From the NCBI GenBank assembly GCA_002733125.1, contig NVUM01000009.1, positions 11,451-75,450 on the forward strand: 64,000 bases of DNA. Reading direction: 5' to 3'. The position numbers and the translations under genes were made by a program. This document shows positions 30,190 to 39,563 of the stretch, piece by piece. The notes beneath the pieces were generated by a model. The model saw only the letters and a program-made list of their open reading frames with translations. It did no database searches and was not told where the DNA came from. The DNA is from Porticoccus sp. GTDB lineage: Bacteria; Pseudomonadota; Gammaproteobacteria; Pseudomonadales; Porticoccaceae. Numbering within the stretch: the first letter of the stretch is position 1; every line of letters begins with the position of its first letter.

Positions 30190-31119
30190 TTATCTGTTGC
30201 CAGAACCCTGATTGCCCCCTATTCCCAAACATTGCTGAATGGCGGGAACCAGCAGGGGAGTCACGTCAATACGGTTGGTGGCATGGGGGATGGTGTTGCA
30301 GGTGGCCAGCTCCGTCAGTCCGGATTGCATCAGCCGCTCATCGACGTTGTCGGCAAAAATACCGTGGATCGCTGCGCATTTAACCCGGCTGATACCCTGT
30401 TGCCGCACCGCCTGAAGACACTTCAGGATGGTTTGGCCGCTGGAGATGACATCATCGATGATCACCGCGGTTCGATCCTGATAGCCTGAAAGGTCGGGGA
30501 GTGTGACCATCACATCGCGGTCGCCGTGCCGCTGCTTTTCGCCGATCACATAGGGATGACCGCTGGCCAGGGCAACCCGCGATACCCACTGCTCGCTCTC
30601 GCTGTCCGGCCCGATCAGTAACAGGGACGCTTGATCGGTCAGCCAGTCAGTGAGTGCCGTTGTGCCTTCAACACTGACACTGGGTACGGTGTAGATGTCG
30701 GCAAGCGAATGGTAGCGATGAAGATGCGGGTCCACTGTCACAAGCCAGTCGATATGGGTTGACAGCATGCGGGCAAATAAACGCGAGGTGACTGCTTCGC
30801 CCTTATGAAAACGGCAGTCCTGACGCATGTAACACAGATAGGGGGCCACCAAGCCCACCGAGCTTGCTCCCAATTCCCGCAGGGTTTCCAGCAGAAATAT
30901 CAGCGGAAGCAATTTATCATTCGGGTTGGCCAGGTTGGCCACCACTATGCAGTGTTGGCCTGCCACCGGTGTGGCAACCTTGAGATAGGTTTCCCCATCC
31001 GGAAACAGGCGGGTCTCGAGCGTTCCCAGGGTCGCTGCCAGTTCGCGGCAGAGGGGTACCATCAGGGGATGGTCATCAAGGGAGAACAACAGGGGCTGAT
31101 GTTGGTCGGCAGGCTTCAT
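30190..31119 (-). CDS. Ribose-phosphate pyrophosphokinase-like protein
   Basis: FPDGE, PYLCYMRQD, VDPH, IIDDVISSGQT; 4-bp overlap with the phosphorylase. Confidence 0.88.
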   Translation of the reverse strand: MKPADQHQPLLFSLDDHPLMVPLCRELAATLGTLETRLFPDGETYLKVATPVAGQHCIVVANLANPNDKLLPLIFLLETLRELGASSVGLVAPYLCYMRQDCRFHKGEAVTSRLFARMLSTHIDWLVTVDPHLHRYHSLADIYTVPSVSVEGTTALTDWLTDQASLLLIGPDSESEQWVSRVALASGHPYVIGEKQRHGDRDVMVTLPDLSGYQDRTAVIIDDVISSGQTILKCLQAVRQQGISRVKCAAIHGIFADNVDERLMQSGLTELATCNTIPHATNRIDVTPLLVPAIQQCLGIGGNQGSGNR

Positions 31120-32627
31120 GACGACTTCCCAATCGTAAACACGGGGCCATTATCCCGGTAAAAAGCCAGCGCATAATCCTGTTCTCCCGGGCTCTCGGAG
31201 AACAGAGTAAAGAGCGGCTGTCCTTTAGTGACAGGCTCCCCCAGTGAAGCCGCCAGACGAAGCCCGGCTGCCGGATCGGTCGGTGCTCCAGCCAGTTTTG
31301 CCACTCTGGCTAGTCTGCGATTGTCGATTGCCGTGACCACGCCGTCCCGATCGGCCACCTCAATATGCCGGAAACGGGCATTGGGCAGGGTTTTCAGACC
31401 GCCCTGGGCCTTGGCAATACGTTGAAACTGGCACCATGCCTGCCCGCTGTCCAGTATTTCCGTGGCCTGATCGATGCAGGTTGCAACGCCGTTGGCCTGG
31501 GCCATATCCAGCAGGTTGGCGGCGAGAAACAGCGAACGTTGCCGCAAATCCTGAGGTGCATCGGCCTGGCATTGCAGTACGGATAAAATATCCCGGGCCT
31601 CCTCAACCGGGCCGATGCCATAACCGATTGGAGCACTGCCATCGGTAATCAGGCAGCGAAGCTGGATGCCACAGGCCGCCCCCACCAGGGTGAACATGGA
31701 TGCCAGCCTTTTGGCTTCTTCCTGGGTTCTGATTTTTGCTGTTGCGCCAACGGGGATATCGATTACCGCATGGGTTGAGCCCGCCGCTATTTTTTTGGAT
31801 AACACTGACGCGATCATCTGGCCTTCGCCATCCAGGTCCAGTGCCCGCTCCACCCGGATCAGCAGATCATCAACTGGACTCAGGCTGACCCCGCCGCCCC
31901 ACACCAGACAGGCATCGGTGGCACCGACCACATGACGGATTTCCTCCAGCTTGAGATTGACGTTGGTCAGGGTATCCATGGTGTCTGCGGTACCCGATGG
32001 CGAGGTAATCGCCCGTGAGGACGTCTTCGGAATAATCAGTCCGGCTGAACTGACAATGGAAACCAAAATCGGTGTGGTGCGATTGCCCGGCAATCCACCG
32101 ATGCAATGCTTGTCGAAAATACGAAGGTGGCCCGGCCACTCGAGCCGTTTTCCGCATTCCACCATCGCCTTGGTGAGGCTGATAATTTCGTCCACATCCA
32201 GCCTGTTGCCCGCACAGGCACTGAGAAAGCTGGCAATGGCAACGTCGGTGTAGTGGTGGCCGCTGATGTCCGTGATGATACTTTTGATGTCGGATTCGCT
32301 GAGTTTGTGGCCGTAAATTTTCTTGCGGACCAGGCTCAGTGAGTTCAGCAATGGTGCGTTATGAATTTTCACCTTGTCGCCACTTTTGATCTGCAGGTCA
32401 TGCATGGCGACCTTTGACAGGCCGGCACAGCCCTCAGGCAGAATGTGATTGTCCACCACATTCAAGGTGGCAATCAGCGAGTGACCATTGCTTTTCAGTG
32501 TCAGGCGACTGCTGGCGGAGAACCCTTCTGAGAGGCAAACTGGTGAATCCTTGCGCATGTACACCACGGATTCCTGGTGGGTATCGATACCCATATCGAC
32601 CACTTTGACAACATGGTCCACCTCCAT
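31116..32627 (-). CDS. Thymidine/AMP phosphorylase family protein (archaeal-type)
   Basis: DKHCIGGLPGNRTT, KTSSRAITSPSGTAD, SVLSKKIAAG; GGAGGAG RBS. Confidence 0.9.
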   Translation of the reverse strand: MEVDHVVKVVDMGIDTHQESVVYMRKDSPVCLSEGFSASSRLTLKSNGHSLIATLNVVDNHILPEGCAGLSKVAMHDLQIKSGDKVKIHNAPLLNSLSLVRKKIYGHKLSESDIKSIITDISGHHYTDVAIASFLSACAGNRLDVDEIISLTKAMVECGKRLEWPGHLRIFDKHCIGGLPGNRTTPILVSIVSSAGLIIPKTSSRAITSPSGTADTMDTLTNVNLKLEEIRHVVGATDACLVWGGGVSLSPVDDLLIRVERALDLDGEGQMIASVLSKKIAAGSTHAVIDIPVGATAKIRTQEEAKRLASMFTLVGAACGIQLRCLITDGSAPIGYGIGPVEEARDILSVLQCQADAPQDLRQRSLFLAANLLDMAQANGVATCIDQATEILDSGQAWCQFQRIAKAQGGLKTLPNARFRHIEVADRDGVVTAIDNRRLARVAKLAGAPTDPAAGLRLAASLGEPVTKGQPLFTLFSESPGEQDYALAFYRDNGPVFTIGKSS

Positions 32628-32779
32628 ACACGTCTCCTCCCGAACAGCGATCATCAACATCTGATACCGGCGCTATTCTAGGGTAATTTAACCCCTGAGC
32701 GGATATTTTCCTGTTCCTGAGTGCCGAGGGACTCTGTGCTGGCCAACCATTGAACAGTATGAACGTCAGACGCCGGACG

Positions 32780-33436
32780 TCAGTCCCTGTTATTGAGCCA
32801 CCGGCGACCTATCCAGTAGTCTGCACTGCAGTAGCGGCCACCGCCCGTAAAAAACAGTGACAGCAGCATGATGAAGTAGGTGGCCGCAAACTCGATGCCA
32901 TTGTTCAGAATGACAATGTTGCCCTTGCCGGTAAGCCAGGAGTAGTTGCCGTGTTCCCTAAGAAGTTGTCTGGCAGCTGACAATCGTTCACCCACTGCCT
33001 CGCTGTTTTCGAGACTCTGCTCCGCTGCCGGTATACCGATTGCGGCCAGGGGGCGGGCCATACTGGTTGACGGGTCCGAGGGGGCAATCGCGAACCAGCC
33101 GTTTTGCCAGTGAACCGCAAAGGCGGCCACCAACATGGTGGCCATCAGGGGGATAGCAATCAGCCGTGTCCCCAGCCCGAACAACAACAGGCATCCGCCA
33201 ACCAGCTCTGTGGCGGTGGCCAGAACTGCCATCAGCCAGGGGAGAGGCAGTCCCAGCCCCCAGTCCGGGTTTCCAAACCAGCCTACTGTGCTCTCGAATG
33301 CGAGCAGTTTGGTCAGGCCCGCCGTGATGAAAATCGGTGCCAGAAAGAACCGCAACAGCAGTGGGGCAATAAAATCGGCTTTTCCGGTTGCGTCGAGTCC
33401 TCTGCGAAGTCTGTCAATGAATGGCGCTGTGCTCAT
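32780..33436 (-). CDS. DoxX family membrane protein (HvfX-like)
   Basis: PLLLRFFLAP, WFGNPDWGLGLP, VHWQNGW, LNNGIEFAATY. Confidence 0.85.
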   Translation of the reverse strand: MSTAPFIDRLRRGLDATGKADFIAPLLLRFFLAPIFITAGLTKLLAFESTVGWFGNPDWGLGLPLPWLMAVLATATELVGGCLLLFGLGTRLIAIPLMATMLVAAFAVHWQNGWFAIAPSDPSTSMARPLAAIGIPAAEQSLENSEAVGERLSAARQLLREHGNYSWLTGKGNIVILNNGIEFAATYFIMLLSLFFTGGGRYCSADYWIGRRWLNNRD

Positions 33437-33479
33437 AAGGTCTTACCCATAGAATTGAATATTCGGGAACAGGAAGGAT

Positions 33480-33505
33480 GAAGGGCGACCGCTTGGCCGC
33501 CCTTC
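33480..33505. other. Intergenic hairpin between precursor and doxX
   Basis: GAAGGGCGACC-GCTT-GGCCGCCCTTC inverted repeat; no U-tract on the coding strand. Confidence 0.5.
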
Positions 33506-33536
33506 TGGTATGTGAAATTAGCAGGGAGCTGGCGAA

Positions 33537-33884
33537 TTAGTGTCCGCCACACTTACCTTCACCGCACTTTCCTTCACTAGGTTTGCCTTCACCACGTTTG
33601 CCTTCTTCAGATTTTGGCGCAGCTTTTCCTTCACCGCATTTCCCTTCGCCGCACTTGCCTTCCTCAGACTTCGGGGCAGCTTTTCCCTCACCACATTTTC
33701 CTTCGCCACACTTACCTTCCCCTGGCTTGCCGTCGGCATGTTTGCCAGCAAGCTGGTAGCCATTGCCGAGATCAGTCGCAGCGAAGGGGTTGTCGGCCAT
33801 GCTGGCCATGGGCAGGATCAGACTGGTGGAGATAAAGGCCATGCCAATGGTGGATTTGAAGGTGTTTTTTGTTGGTTGTTTCAT
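33537..33884 (-). CDS. HvfA-like EGKCG-repeat RiPP precursor / metal-binding protein
   Basis: Signal peptide, NPF motif, six EGKCG units plus degenerate EGKRG/EGKPS. Confidence 0.85.
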   Translation of the reverse strand: MKQPTKNTFKSTIGMAFISTSLILPMASMADNPFAATDLGNGYQLAGKHADGKPGEGKCGEGKCGEGKAAPKSEEGKCGEGKCGEGKAAPKSEEGKRGEGKPSEGKCGEGKCGGH

Positions 33885-34160
33885 GGTCAGTTCCTTGTTT
33901 TGTTTGTGTAAGGTGTCCGTATTGAGATGTCATCGGATGTTTTTTGTTACAGCGCATAACGGGTTTTGATGACGTTTTTTCAATCGTTAAAAAAATGCGA
34001 TTGCCGGTTGCGTCTGCTCCGGCAACGTTTTCACGAAGAGGAAACACACAATAAATGTTGTCGGCAATCTGTCTAACTGATGCCGTTAAAAGGAATTTGT
34101 TACGGATGCAGGCAGCGTTTGTGTTTCTTTTGCCTGAGACGGGGTCTTTTGCTGCGTGGA

Positions 34161-34391
34161 CTACAGGTTGCTGTGGGAATGAATACAGTCCATTACTTTG
34201 CGCACTTCCTCTTCCGTGGCTTTGTTGTGCATAAAGGGGATGGCTTCGACAAGTCTGTGCAGCTGTTTGAGATAGCGGCGGCAGTGCCGACAGAGCAACA
34301 GGTGAATCTGCAGGGCGATACGTGTGGAAACACGCAAATCGCGATCCAGTAATCGATCCGCATTGTTCACAAAGTCGCGGCAGCTCAGCAC
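34161..34391 (-). CDS. zf-HC2 anti-sigma factor
   Basis: MLSC...HLLLCRHC (HxxxCxxC); overlaps sigma stop. Confidence 0.88.
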   Translation of the reverse strand: MLSCRDFVNNADRLLDRDLRVSTRIALQIHLLLCRHCRRYLKQLHRLVEAIPFMHNKATEEEVRKVMDCIHSHSNL

Positions 34392-34993
34392 TCGCCAGTC
34401 TCCTCATAATGGTCAACAAGTTTGAACAGTTGTGTTCTCGCACGGTGCAGAAGTACTCGTGCATTGGATGCAGAAACTGTCAGTGCGTTACAGATTTCCT
34501 CAAAAGACAGCCCGCTGGCATCCCGCATTTCGAGAATACAGCGCTGGTTGTCCGGCATGGCGGTTAGCAGTCTCTCCAGACATTCGGCCAGTTGCTCACC
34601 GGTCAGCAGGCTCTCGGGAGAATCCATATGCCAATGGGCCGGAGGGTGTTGCCAGTGGCCGCGCTCGGTAAACCTTTGTGCCAGGCCATCTTTTGTATTC
34701 TGGTTCTCGTCGCCGTGATCGCTGAACAACAATTCCCGCTTCCTCTGGCGCCGCTGCATTTTTGCTTCGTTGATGGCGATGCTACCCAGCCAGGTACGGA
34801 TCGCCGACTTGCCTGCAAAGCTGCCAATGGCCTGGTAGGCCTTGAGCCAGGCGTTTTGTACCACTTCTTCGGCTTCACTGATACCGACAATGGGAACTGT
34901 AAGGGCGATGAGGGCGCGGTGGTGGTCGCGAACCAGTTCTGCAAAAAGTGCCGGGTCGCCGGATTTCAGTTGTGCCAGTTTGTCTGTTTCCAC
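34385..34993 (-). CDS. ECF RNA polymerase sigma factor
   Basis: AEEVVQNAWLKA, TWLGSIAIN, EEICNAL..SASNARVLLHRAR. Confidence 0.92.
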   Translation of the reverse strand: METDKLAQLKSGDPALFAELVRDHHRALIALTVPIVGISEAEEVVQNAWLKAYQAIGSFAGKSAIRTWLGSIAINEAKMQRRQRKRELLFSDHGDENQNTKDGLAQRFTERGHWQHPPAHWHMDSPESLLTGEQLAECLERLLTAMPDNQRCILEMRDASGLSFEEICNALTVSASNARVLLHRARTQLFKLVDHYEETGEC

Positions 34994-35140
34994 GCGTTCA
35001 AAAAGCCTCGCCGATTGTTTCCCTCTGGCGCAATATGGCCAGACAGGTTATTACCTCCGTCAAGACTAAGCCATAGACAGTGACAAAAACCATGGTTTCA
35101 CGATAAAAAATTCCCCTCCCGGCAATGTATCGGGTCAGGC

Positions 35141-35168
35141 TGAACTGATCGGGTCATATCAGCGTACA
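35141..35168 (+). promoter_or_regulatory. Possible ECF (RpoE/ChrR-type) promoter
   Basis: TGAACT-N16-CGTACA resembling TGATCC-N16-CGTA. Confidence 0.35.
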
Positions 35169-35194
35169 CTCACCAATTAACCAAGGATCAACCA

Positions 35195-35356
35195 ATGTCC
35201 CCACCTTCTGAACAGACCGTTGAAAGGTTGCCCTGCCGGGGTTGTATGCGGGATTGCCCGTATTTTTACGTATGTGATGGCAAGCTCTGGCGCATGCCGG
35301 TTGATCGACAGGAGGCTCAGGCAGGCGATGAGGAAGATGTCCAGCCGGATAGTTGA
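35195..35356 (+). CDS. Small Cys-rich protein (53 aa), below ORF-track cutoff
   Basis: Manual translation MSPPSEQTVERLPCRGCMRDCPYFYVCDGKLWRMPVDRQEAQAGDEEDVQPDS; AAGGA RBS. Confidence 0.6.
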   Translation: MSPPSEQTVERLPCRGCMRDCPYFYVCDGKLWRMPVDRQEAQAGDEEDVQPDS

Positions 35357-35389
35357 TGACTGGTCATACCGGTCACGGGGGTCGCAGTA

Positions 35390-36115
35390 ATGAGCTCAAA
35401 AGCCTTGGTGATCGGTGCCTCCAGTGGCATTGCCCAGCGTTTGATTTGCCGACTAAGCGGGGATCCGCGTATTGAGAGGATTTATGCCGTCAGTCGCAGT
35501 CCCGCCGAGGTAGGTTTGCCAGCTCGGGTTAACTGGCTGACGTGCGACTATTCAGAGGCGGATATCGCCGAGACTGTTGCTCTGCTTAATGATGAACCCG
35601 GTGAGTTTTCACGGGTGTTTATCTGTAACGGTATGCTCCACGAGGGTGACAGGGTTCGCCCCGAAAAGCGGCTTGAAGAGATAGATTTGTCCAGTATTGA
35701 AGCGGTGTTCAGGGCCAATACGTTTACCCCCCTGTTGTGGTTGAAGCATCTCGTGGGTTTCCTGCGCGGTGAACAGGTCTGTACCCTGACGCTGTTCAGT
35801 GCCCGGGTTGGCAGTATCAGTGACAATAAGCTGGGTGGCTGGTACAGCTATCGCGCCTCCAAGGCGGCCCTGAATATGCTGGTTCAGACTGCTTCAGTCG
35901 AATACGCCAGGCGGGCAAAAAATGTGCAGTTGGTGGCCTTTCATCCAGGCACCACCGACACAGCACTGTCCAGACCGTTCCAGGGGAACGTACCGGAAGG
36001 CAAACTGTTTTCTGCCGATTTTGTGGCGGAACGGTTACTGTCCATTGTTGAAAATATGACACCGGTCGGCCACGCGCTATACCTTGATTGGCAGGGCAGG
36101 GAAATCCCCTGGTGA
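35390..36115 (+). CDS. SDR family oxidoreductase (C-factor-like)
   Basis: GASSGIA, SARVGSISDN.LGGWYSYRASKAALN, HPGTTDT. Confidence 0.9.
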   Translation: MSSKALVIGASSGIAQRLICRLSGDPRIERIYAVSRSPAEVGLPARVNWLTCDYSEADIAETVALLNDEPGEFSRVFICNGMLHEGDRVRPEKRLEEIDLSSIEAVFRANTFTPLLWLKHLVGFLRGEQVCTLTLFSARVGSISDNKLGGWYSYRASKAALNMLVQTASVEYARRAKNVQLVAFHPGTTDTALSRPFQGNVPEGKLFSADFVAERLLSIVENMTPVGHALYLDWQGREIPW

Positions 36116-36340
36116 TTGGAATGGCGAGGCAAACGGGTTGGCAGCGTGCCGGAAAAAGCTGATCTGCCCGGCAAAATCTGTGTGGTCTGCCATCGGCCTT
36201 TCCATTGGCGGAAAAAGTGGCGGCGCGTCTGGCAGGATGTGAAATATTGTTCCGAAAGATGCCGGCGCAGCCGGGGCAAAACCTTTGGTGAAAAAATCGG
36301 CAGCGACAAAATTATCAGAGAGAGCATCATTGAACAGTAG
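36116..36340 (+). CDS. DUF2256 family protein
   Basis: LP.KICVVCHRPFHWRKKW...W..VKYCSERC; start uncertain. Confidence 0.85.
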   Translation: MEWRGKRVGSVPEKADLPGKICVVCHRPFHWRKKWRRVWQDVKYCSERCRRSRGKTFGEKIGSDKIIRESIIEQ

Positions 36341-36776
36341 CACGACAAGTAAGCGGACCCTGGCCAGCCTATTCACCTACAGTGGTATATTGCCATTCCT
36401 GTTTTCCCCCTGTTACCTGCTGCTCACAGGGAGTAGCACATTTCTCGCCTTTGATATCCAAACCCTGCTGATGGCCTACAGTGCGGTGATTGTTTCATTT
36501 ATTGCCGGTATTCATTGGGGCGTTTTTTTGTTCAGGCAATGCTCGCTGAACCTGTTCCTGCACAGCAATATGATTGCCCTGCTGTCCTGGGTGTCTCTCC
36601 TCTCGACCCTGTTATGGGGTGTAGTGATATTGCTGTTTTGCTTCGTCTATCTGTTGTGGATTGATACGGTTCTGGTCAGGCAGCAACTGCTCGAACCCTG
36701 GTTTTACCGGCTCAGAGTTCACGCCAGTGTGATGGCCCTGTTATCCCTGGCCAGCTATGCCGTGATTGCACTGTGA
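36285..36776 (+). CDS. DUF3429 family membrane protein
   Basis: GILPF, YSAVIVSFIAGIHWG, W.YRLR. Confidence 0.8.
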   Translation: MVKKSAATKLSERASLNSSTTSKRTLASLFTYSGILPFLFSPCYLLLTGSSTFLAFDIQTLLMAYSAVIVSFIAGIHWGVFLFRQCSLNLFLHSNMIALLSWVSLLSTLLWGVVILLFCFVYLLWIDTVLVRQQLLEPWFYRLRVHASVMALLSLASYAVIAL

Positions 36777-37830
36777 TGCGGGGAGAAGCCTCGAGATGAT
36801 ACCTCCTGTAACCGGGCTACCCCGTCTGGCGATTATCGGGGCCGGCCTGTCCGGGTTGACTCTGGCGAGTGAACTGGATGGTTTTGCCGAGGTGACGGTT
36901 TTTGATAAGTCTCCGCGCGTCGGTGGGCGTATCGCCACACGCCTCGGGGAGGACTTCCAGTTTGATTACGGTGCGCAATTCCTCACTGCTCGCTCAGTGG
37001 TTTTTCGGAACTACCTGAAACCACTGATTGCCGCAGGCCATATGGCCGAATGGCGTCCTCGGGTTATTACATTGGGGGGTGATGACAAACCCTACCGGCG
37101 CGATTGGTTTGAACCCCATTACGTGGCAGTTCCCGGTATGAATACCCTGTGCCAGCTCGCTGCCGAGGGCAAAAATCTGATATTGGATACTGCGATTGAG
37201 TCACTTGAAAAAACGATTGCCGGTTGGATATTGCAGGATCACAGCGGTGCCTGTCACGGCCCTTTTGACTGGGCTGCCTGCGCCATGCCAGCTCCGCAGG
37301 TAGGGGCGTTGCTGCCGCCATCCTTTACCGGTTACGAGCAGGTGTGCGGTACTACAATGCTCGGCTGTTACAGTCTGCTGCTGGGCTTTGCCGAACCGCT
37401 TCAGAGCCTGTGGCAGGCGGCGGTAGTGAAGCATTCCCCTATCGGCTGGCTGGCGTTTGAGTCATCCCGCCCTGGTCGCGCTGGCGGTTGTGGACTCCTG
37501 GTGCAGTCAACCAATACCTGGGCCGAGCAGCATCTGGATGATGATTCCCGGCAGGTTCAGCAGACCCTGTGGCATGAACTGGAAAGACTCATGGCTAAAA
37601 CGCTGCCGGAGCCAAAGTACTCTCGACTGCATCGCTGGCGCTATGCCAATACCGCGCTAACACCCAAAGCAACAGACAGAGCAATACCTGAAGTATCCCC
37701 GGAAGCGGAGTGTCTAATGGATGAACAGTTGCAGTTGGGAGTCTGTGGTGACTGGCTGTTGGGTGGCAGGGTGGAGTCTGCTTACCTGAGCGGGTTGGCG
37801 CTGGCGACTGAGCTGAAACAACGTTTTTAA
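36766..37830 (+). CDS. Renalase-like FAD-dependent oxidoreductase
   Basis: IIGAGLSG, GGRIATR, FDYGAQF, HRWRYA, CGDW...RVESAYLSG. Confidence 0.88.
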   Translation: MHCDAGRSLEMIPPVTGLPRLAIIGAGLSGLTLASELDGFAEVTVFDKSPRVGGRIATRLGEDFQFDYGAQFLTARSVVFRNYLKPLIAAGHMAEWRPRVITLGGDDKPYRRDWFEPHYVAVPGMNTLCQLAAEGKNLILDTAIESLEKTIAGWILQDHSGACHGPFDWAACAMPAPQVGALLPPSFTGYEQVCGTTMLGCYSLLLGFAEPLQSLWQAAVVKHSPIGWLAFESSRPGRAGGCGLLVQSTNTWAEQHLDDDSRQVQQTLWHELERLMAKTLPEPKYSRLHRWRYANTALTPKATDRAIPEVSPEAECLMDEQLQLGVCGDWLLGGRVESAYLSGLALATELKQRF

Positions 37831-37867
37831 TCTGAGGCTATGGTTGAAGTAGGTCTTGGTCGTGTTC

Positions 37868-37897
37868 GGTCCCGCCAGTGGCGGGCCTTTTTTATTT
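37868..37897 (+). terminator. Rho-independent terminator
   Basis: CCCGCC-AGT-GGCGGG stem followed by a T-run. Confidence 0.7.
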
Positions 37898-38770
37898 CTC
37901 GCGGACAGCTTTTTGCTCGGAGGACTTGCTGGAAAAGTCGTTGTTGGTGAACACCTCCGAAAGAATGAGCTGTTCAATATAGCTTCGTTGGCCGGCCTTC
38001 GTCGGGATTCGGATCACCAGATGGATCTCTTCGGCTGCCGGCACCTGAATCGTGACCCGAGGATCCACCGACGGCATTTCCAGTCCCCGTCGTTCGCCAA
38101 TTTTGTTCATGTGGCGGCGCACGGATTCCAGGTAGGGCTGGCAATGTCGGTTGGCCGCTGCGAGAAAGGCCTCCTGTGCAGCGCGCCAGTTATCTTCGCG
38201 CATGAAGGGCACGGTGAACACATGGAAGTCGTACCGCTCGGAAAAGGTTTCGTTGACCACCGGCTCAGAGAGAAATATCGCGTTGGGTATTACAATCACA
38301 TGGCCGGTGCGTTGGTGGACGCCGGATCCGGGGCCCACTTCAAGAATGGTCGTGGTCAACAGGCTCTGGTCGATGACATCTCCACGAAAATCCTTGATCT
38401 GAATCCGGTCGCCAATGTTAAAGGATCCCGAGCCACCTTTCAGTAGAGAGCCGGTGATACACGAGATCAGCTCCTTGGTGGCCACCACAAAGGCCACGGC
38501 AATAGCCAGAATGGATAACGCCAGAGTGCGCAGCTGGTCCCCCCAGATAATCGCCAGACCCAGCAGTATCAACAGCAGAAAACCGTTGCGCGTATTGGCC
38601 AGCAGGCGACCTTTCAGCTCCGGAGCCTTCACTTTGTGACGAATAAAGCGTGCGGTGAGCGTCCTGAGAATAATGATTACCGCCAGCAAAAAACCGGTAT
38701 TCACCAGCAGACCCGTCACCGAGTCTGAAAGGGTAAAGTTTTCGGCTAGAAGTGTTAGCTGATCGAACAT
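37892..38770 (-). CDS. MscS family mechanosensitive channel
   Basis: TM helices, FNIGDRIQI, GDVID, IVIPN; start ATG 38770. Confidence 0.85.
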   Translation of the reverse strand: MFDQLTLLAENFTLSDSVTGLLVNTGFLLAVIIILRTLTARFIRHKVKAPELKGRLLANTRNGFLLLILLGLAIIWGDQLRTLALSILAIAVAFVVATKELISCITGSLLKGGSGSFNIGDRIQIKDFRGDVIDQSLLTTTILEVGPGSGVHQRTGHVIVIPNAIFLSEPVVNETFSERYDFHVFTVPFMREDNWRAAQEAFLAAANRHCQPYLESVRRHMNKIGERRGLEMPSVDPRVTIQVPAAEEIHLVIRIPTKAGQRSYIEQLILSEVFTNNDFSSKSSEQKAVREK

Positions 38771-38976
38771 ACTTTTGCCCAATGGGTTCGGGCCTCTTTG
38801 CAAAAAAGGGGCTGTTTAAAATAAAAATGGATGATGATTCGTCGCCGATAGCCGGGGGTTTTACGTCCGACTATTACCGATCCAGTGTCAGCCAGAATAT
38901 AGTATGAATCCCTGTGTATGCCAGATACTGATACCCTGGGCCAATGTTGAGGGGTGTTATGGTCGCTTGCCAATTG

Positions 38977-39441
38977 CTATTTTCCGATGTCAGAACAATC
39001 CCTTTGGATAGAGTAACTGTGCATAATCGAGCCTGAACAAACGTCACCGTCTTCATGTCCTTTTAACCACTCTTTCAGAAACTCAATGCGGGCCAGTACG
39101 AGCCTGGATTCAAACCCGCTGGCACACATCGGGTAAACACTGCCGTATTGTAGGCGTTTATCCTCAAGCGGATATTTCATCTCCATATCTGCTTTCAGGC
39201 TCTTTTCCCATGCTTTTTGGGAAACGTCGAGTTTTGTCAAAAATTCAGGGCTTGCTGACTTGTAGGCGTACTTGATTTTTTCAAGCAAGTTCTCAAGTTT
39301 GCTTCTCACCGTTAGCAAATTGATACCTGCACACTGATTTATTTCTAACTGTGTTTGCGCGTTTTCCATGCATGTGGGTAGCTCATCACTGTAGGTCTGA
39401 AATGCGATTAACAAAGCGGTCAGGCTAAATAAGAACCTCAT
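38977..39441 (-). CDS. LprI (DUF1311) lysozyme-inhibitor family protein, probable old cassette
   Basis: Signal peptide, C..AQTQLEINQCA, SQKAW, GSVYPMC. Confidence 0.8.
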   Translation of the reverse strand: MRFLFSLTALLIAFQTYSDELPTCMENAQTQLEINQCAGINLLTVRSKLENLLEKIKYAYKSASPEFLTKLDVSQKAWEKSLKADMEMKYPLEDKRLQYGSVYPMCASGFESRLVLARIEFLKEWLKGHEDGDVCSGSIMHSYSIQRDCSDIGK

Positions 39442-39563
39442 TGCCCAGCTATTCTCCTAAATATAATGTAGCCAATCAGCCATACATATAGCGGGGAACC
39501 ACAATATGTCTTGTCAGGCTATTCACCGGAAGCTGTTTCAGTAAACATTTTATAGGTGATGCT

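Noticed and set aside
33545-33730. CRISPR-like repeats
   Set aside because: In-frame coding repeats (EGKCG) with no unique spacers and no cas genes.
33772-34464. 230-aa ORF as the missing RiPP maturase
   Set aside because: Overlaps sigma, anti-sigma and precursor out of frame; no DUF692-like motifs.
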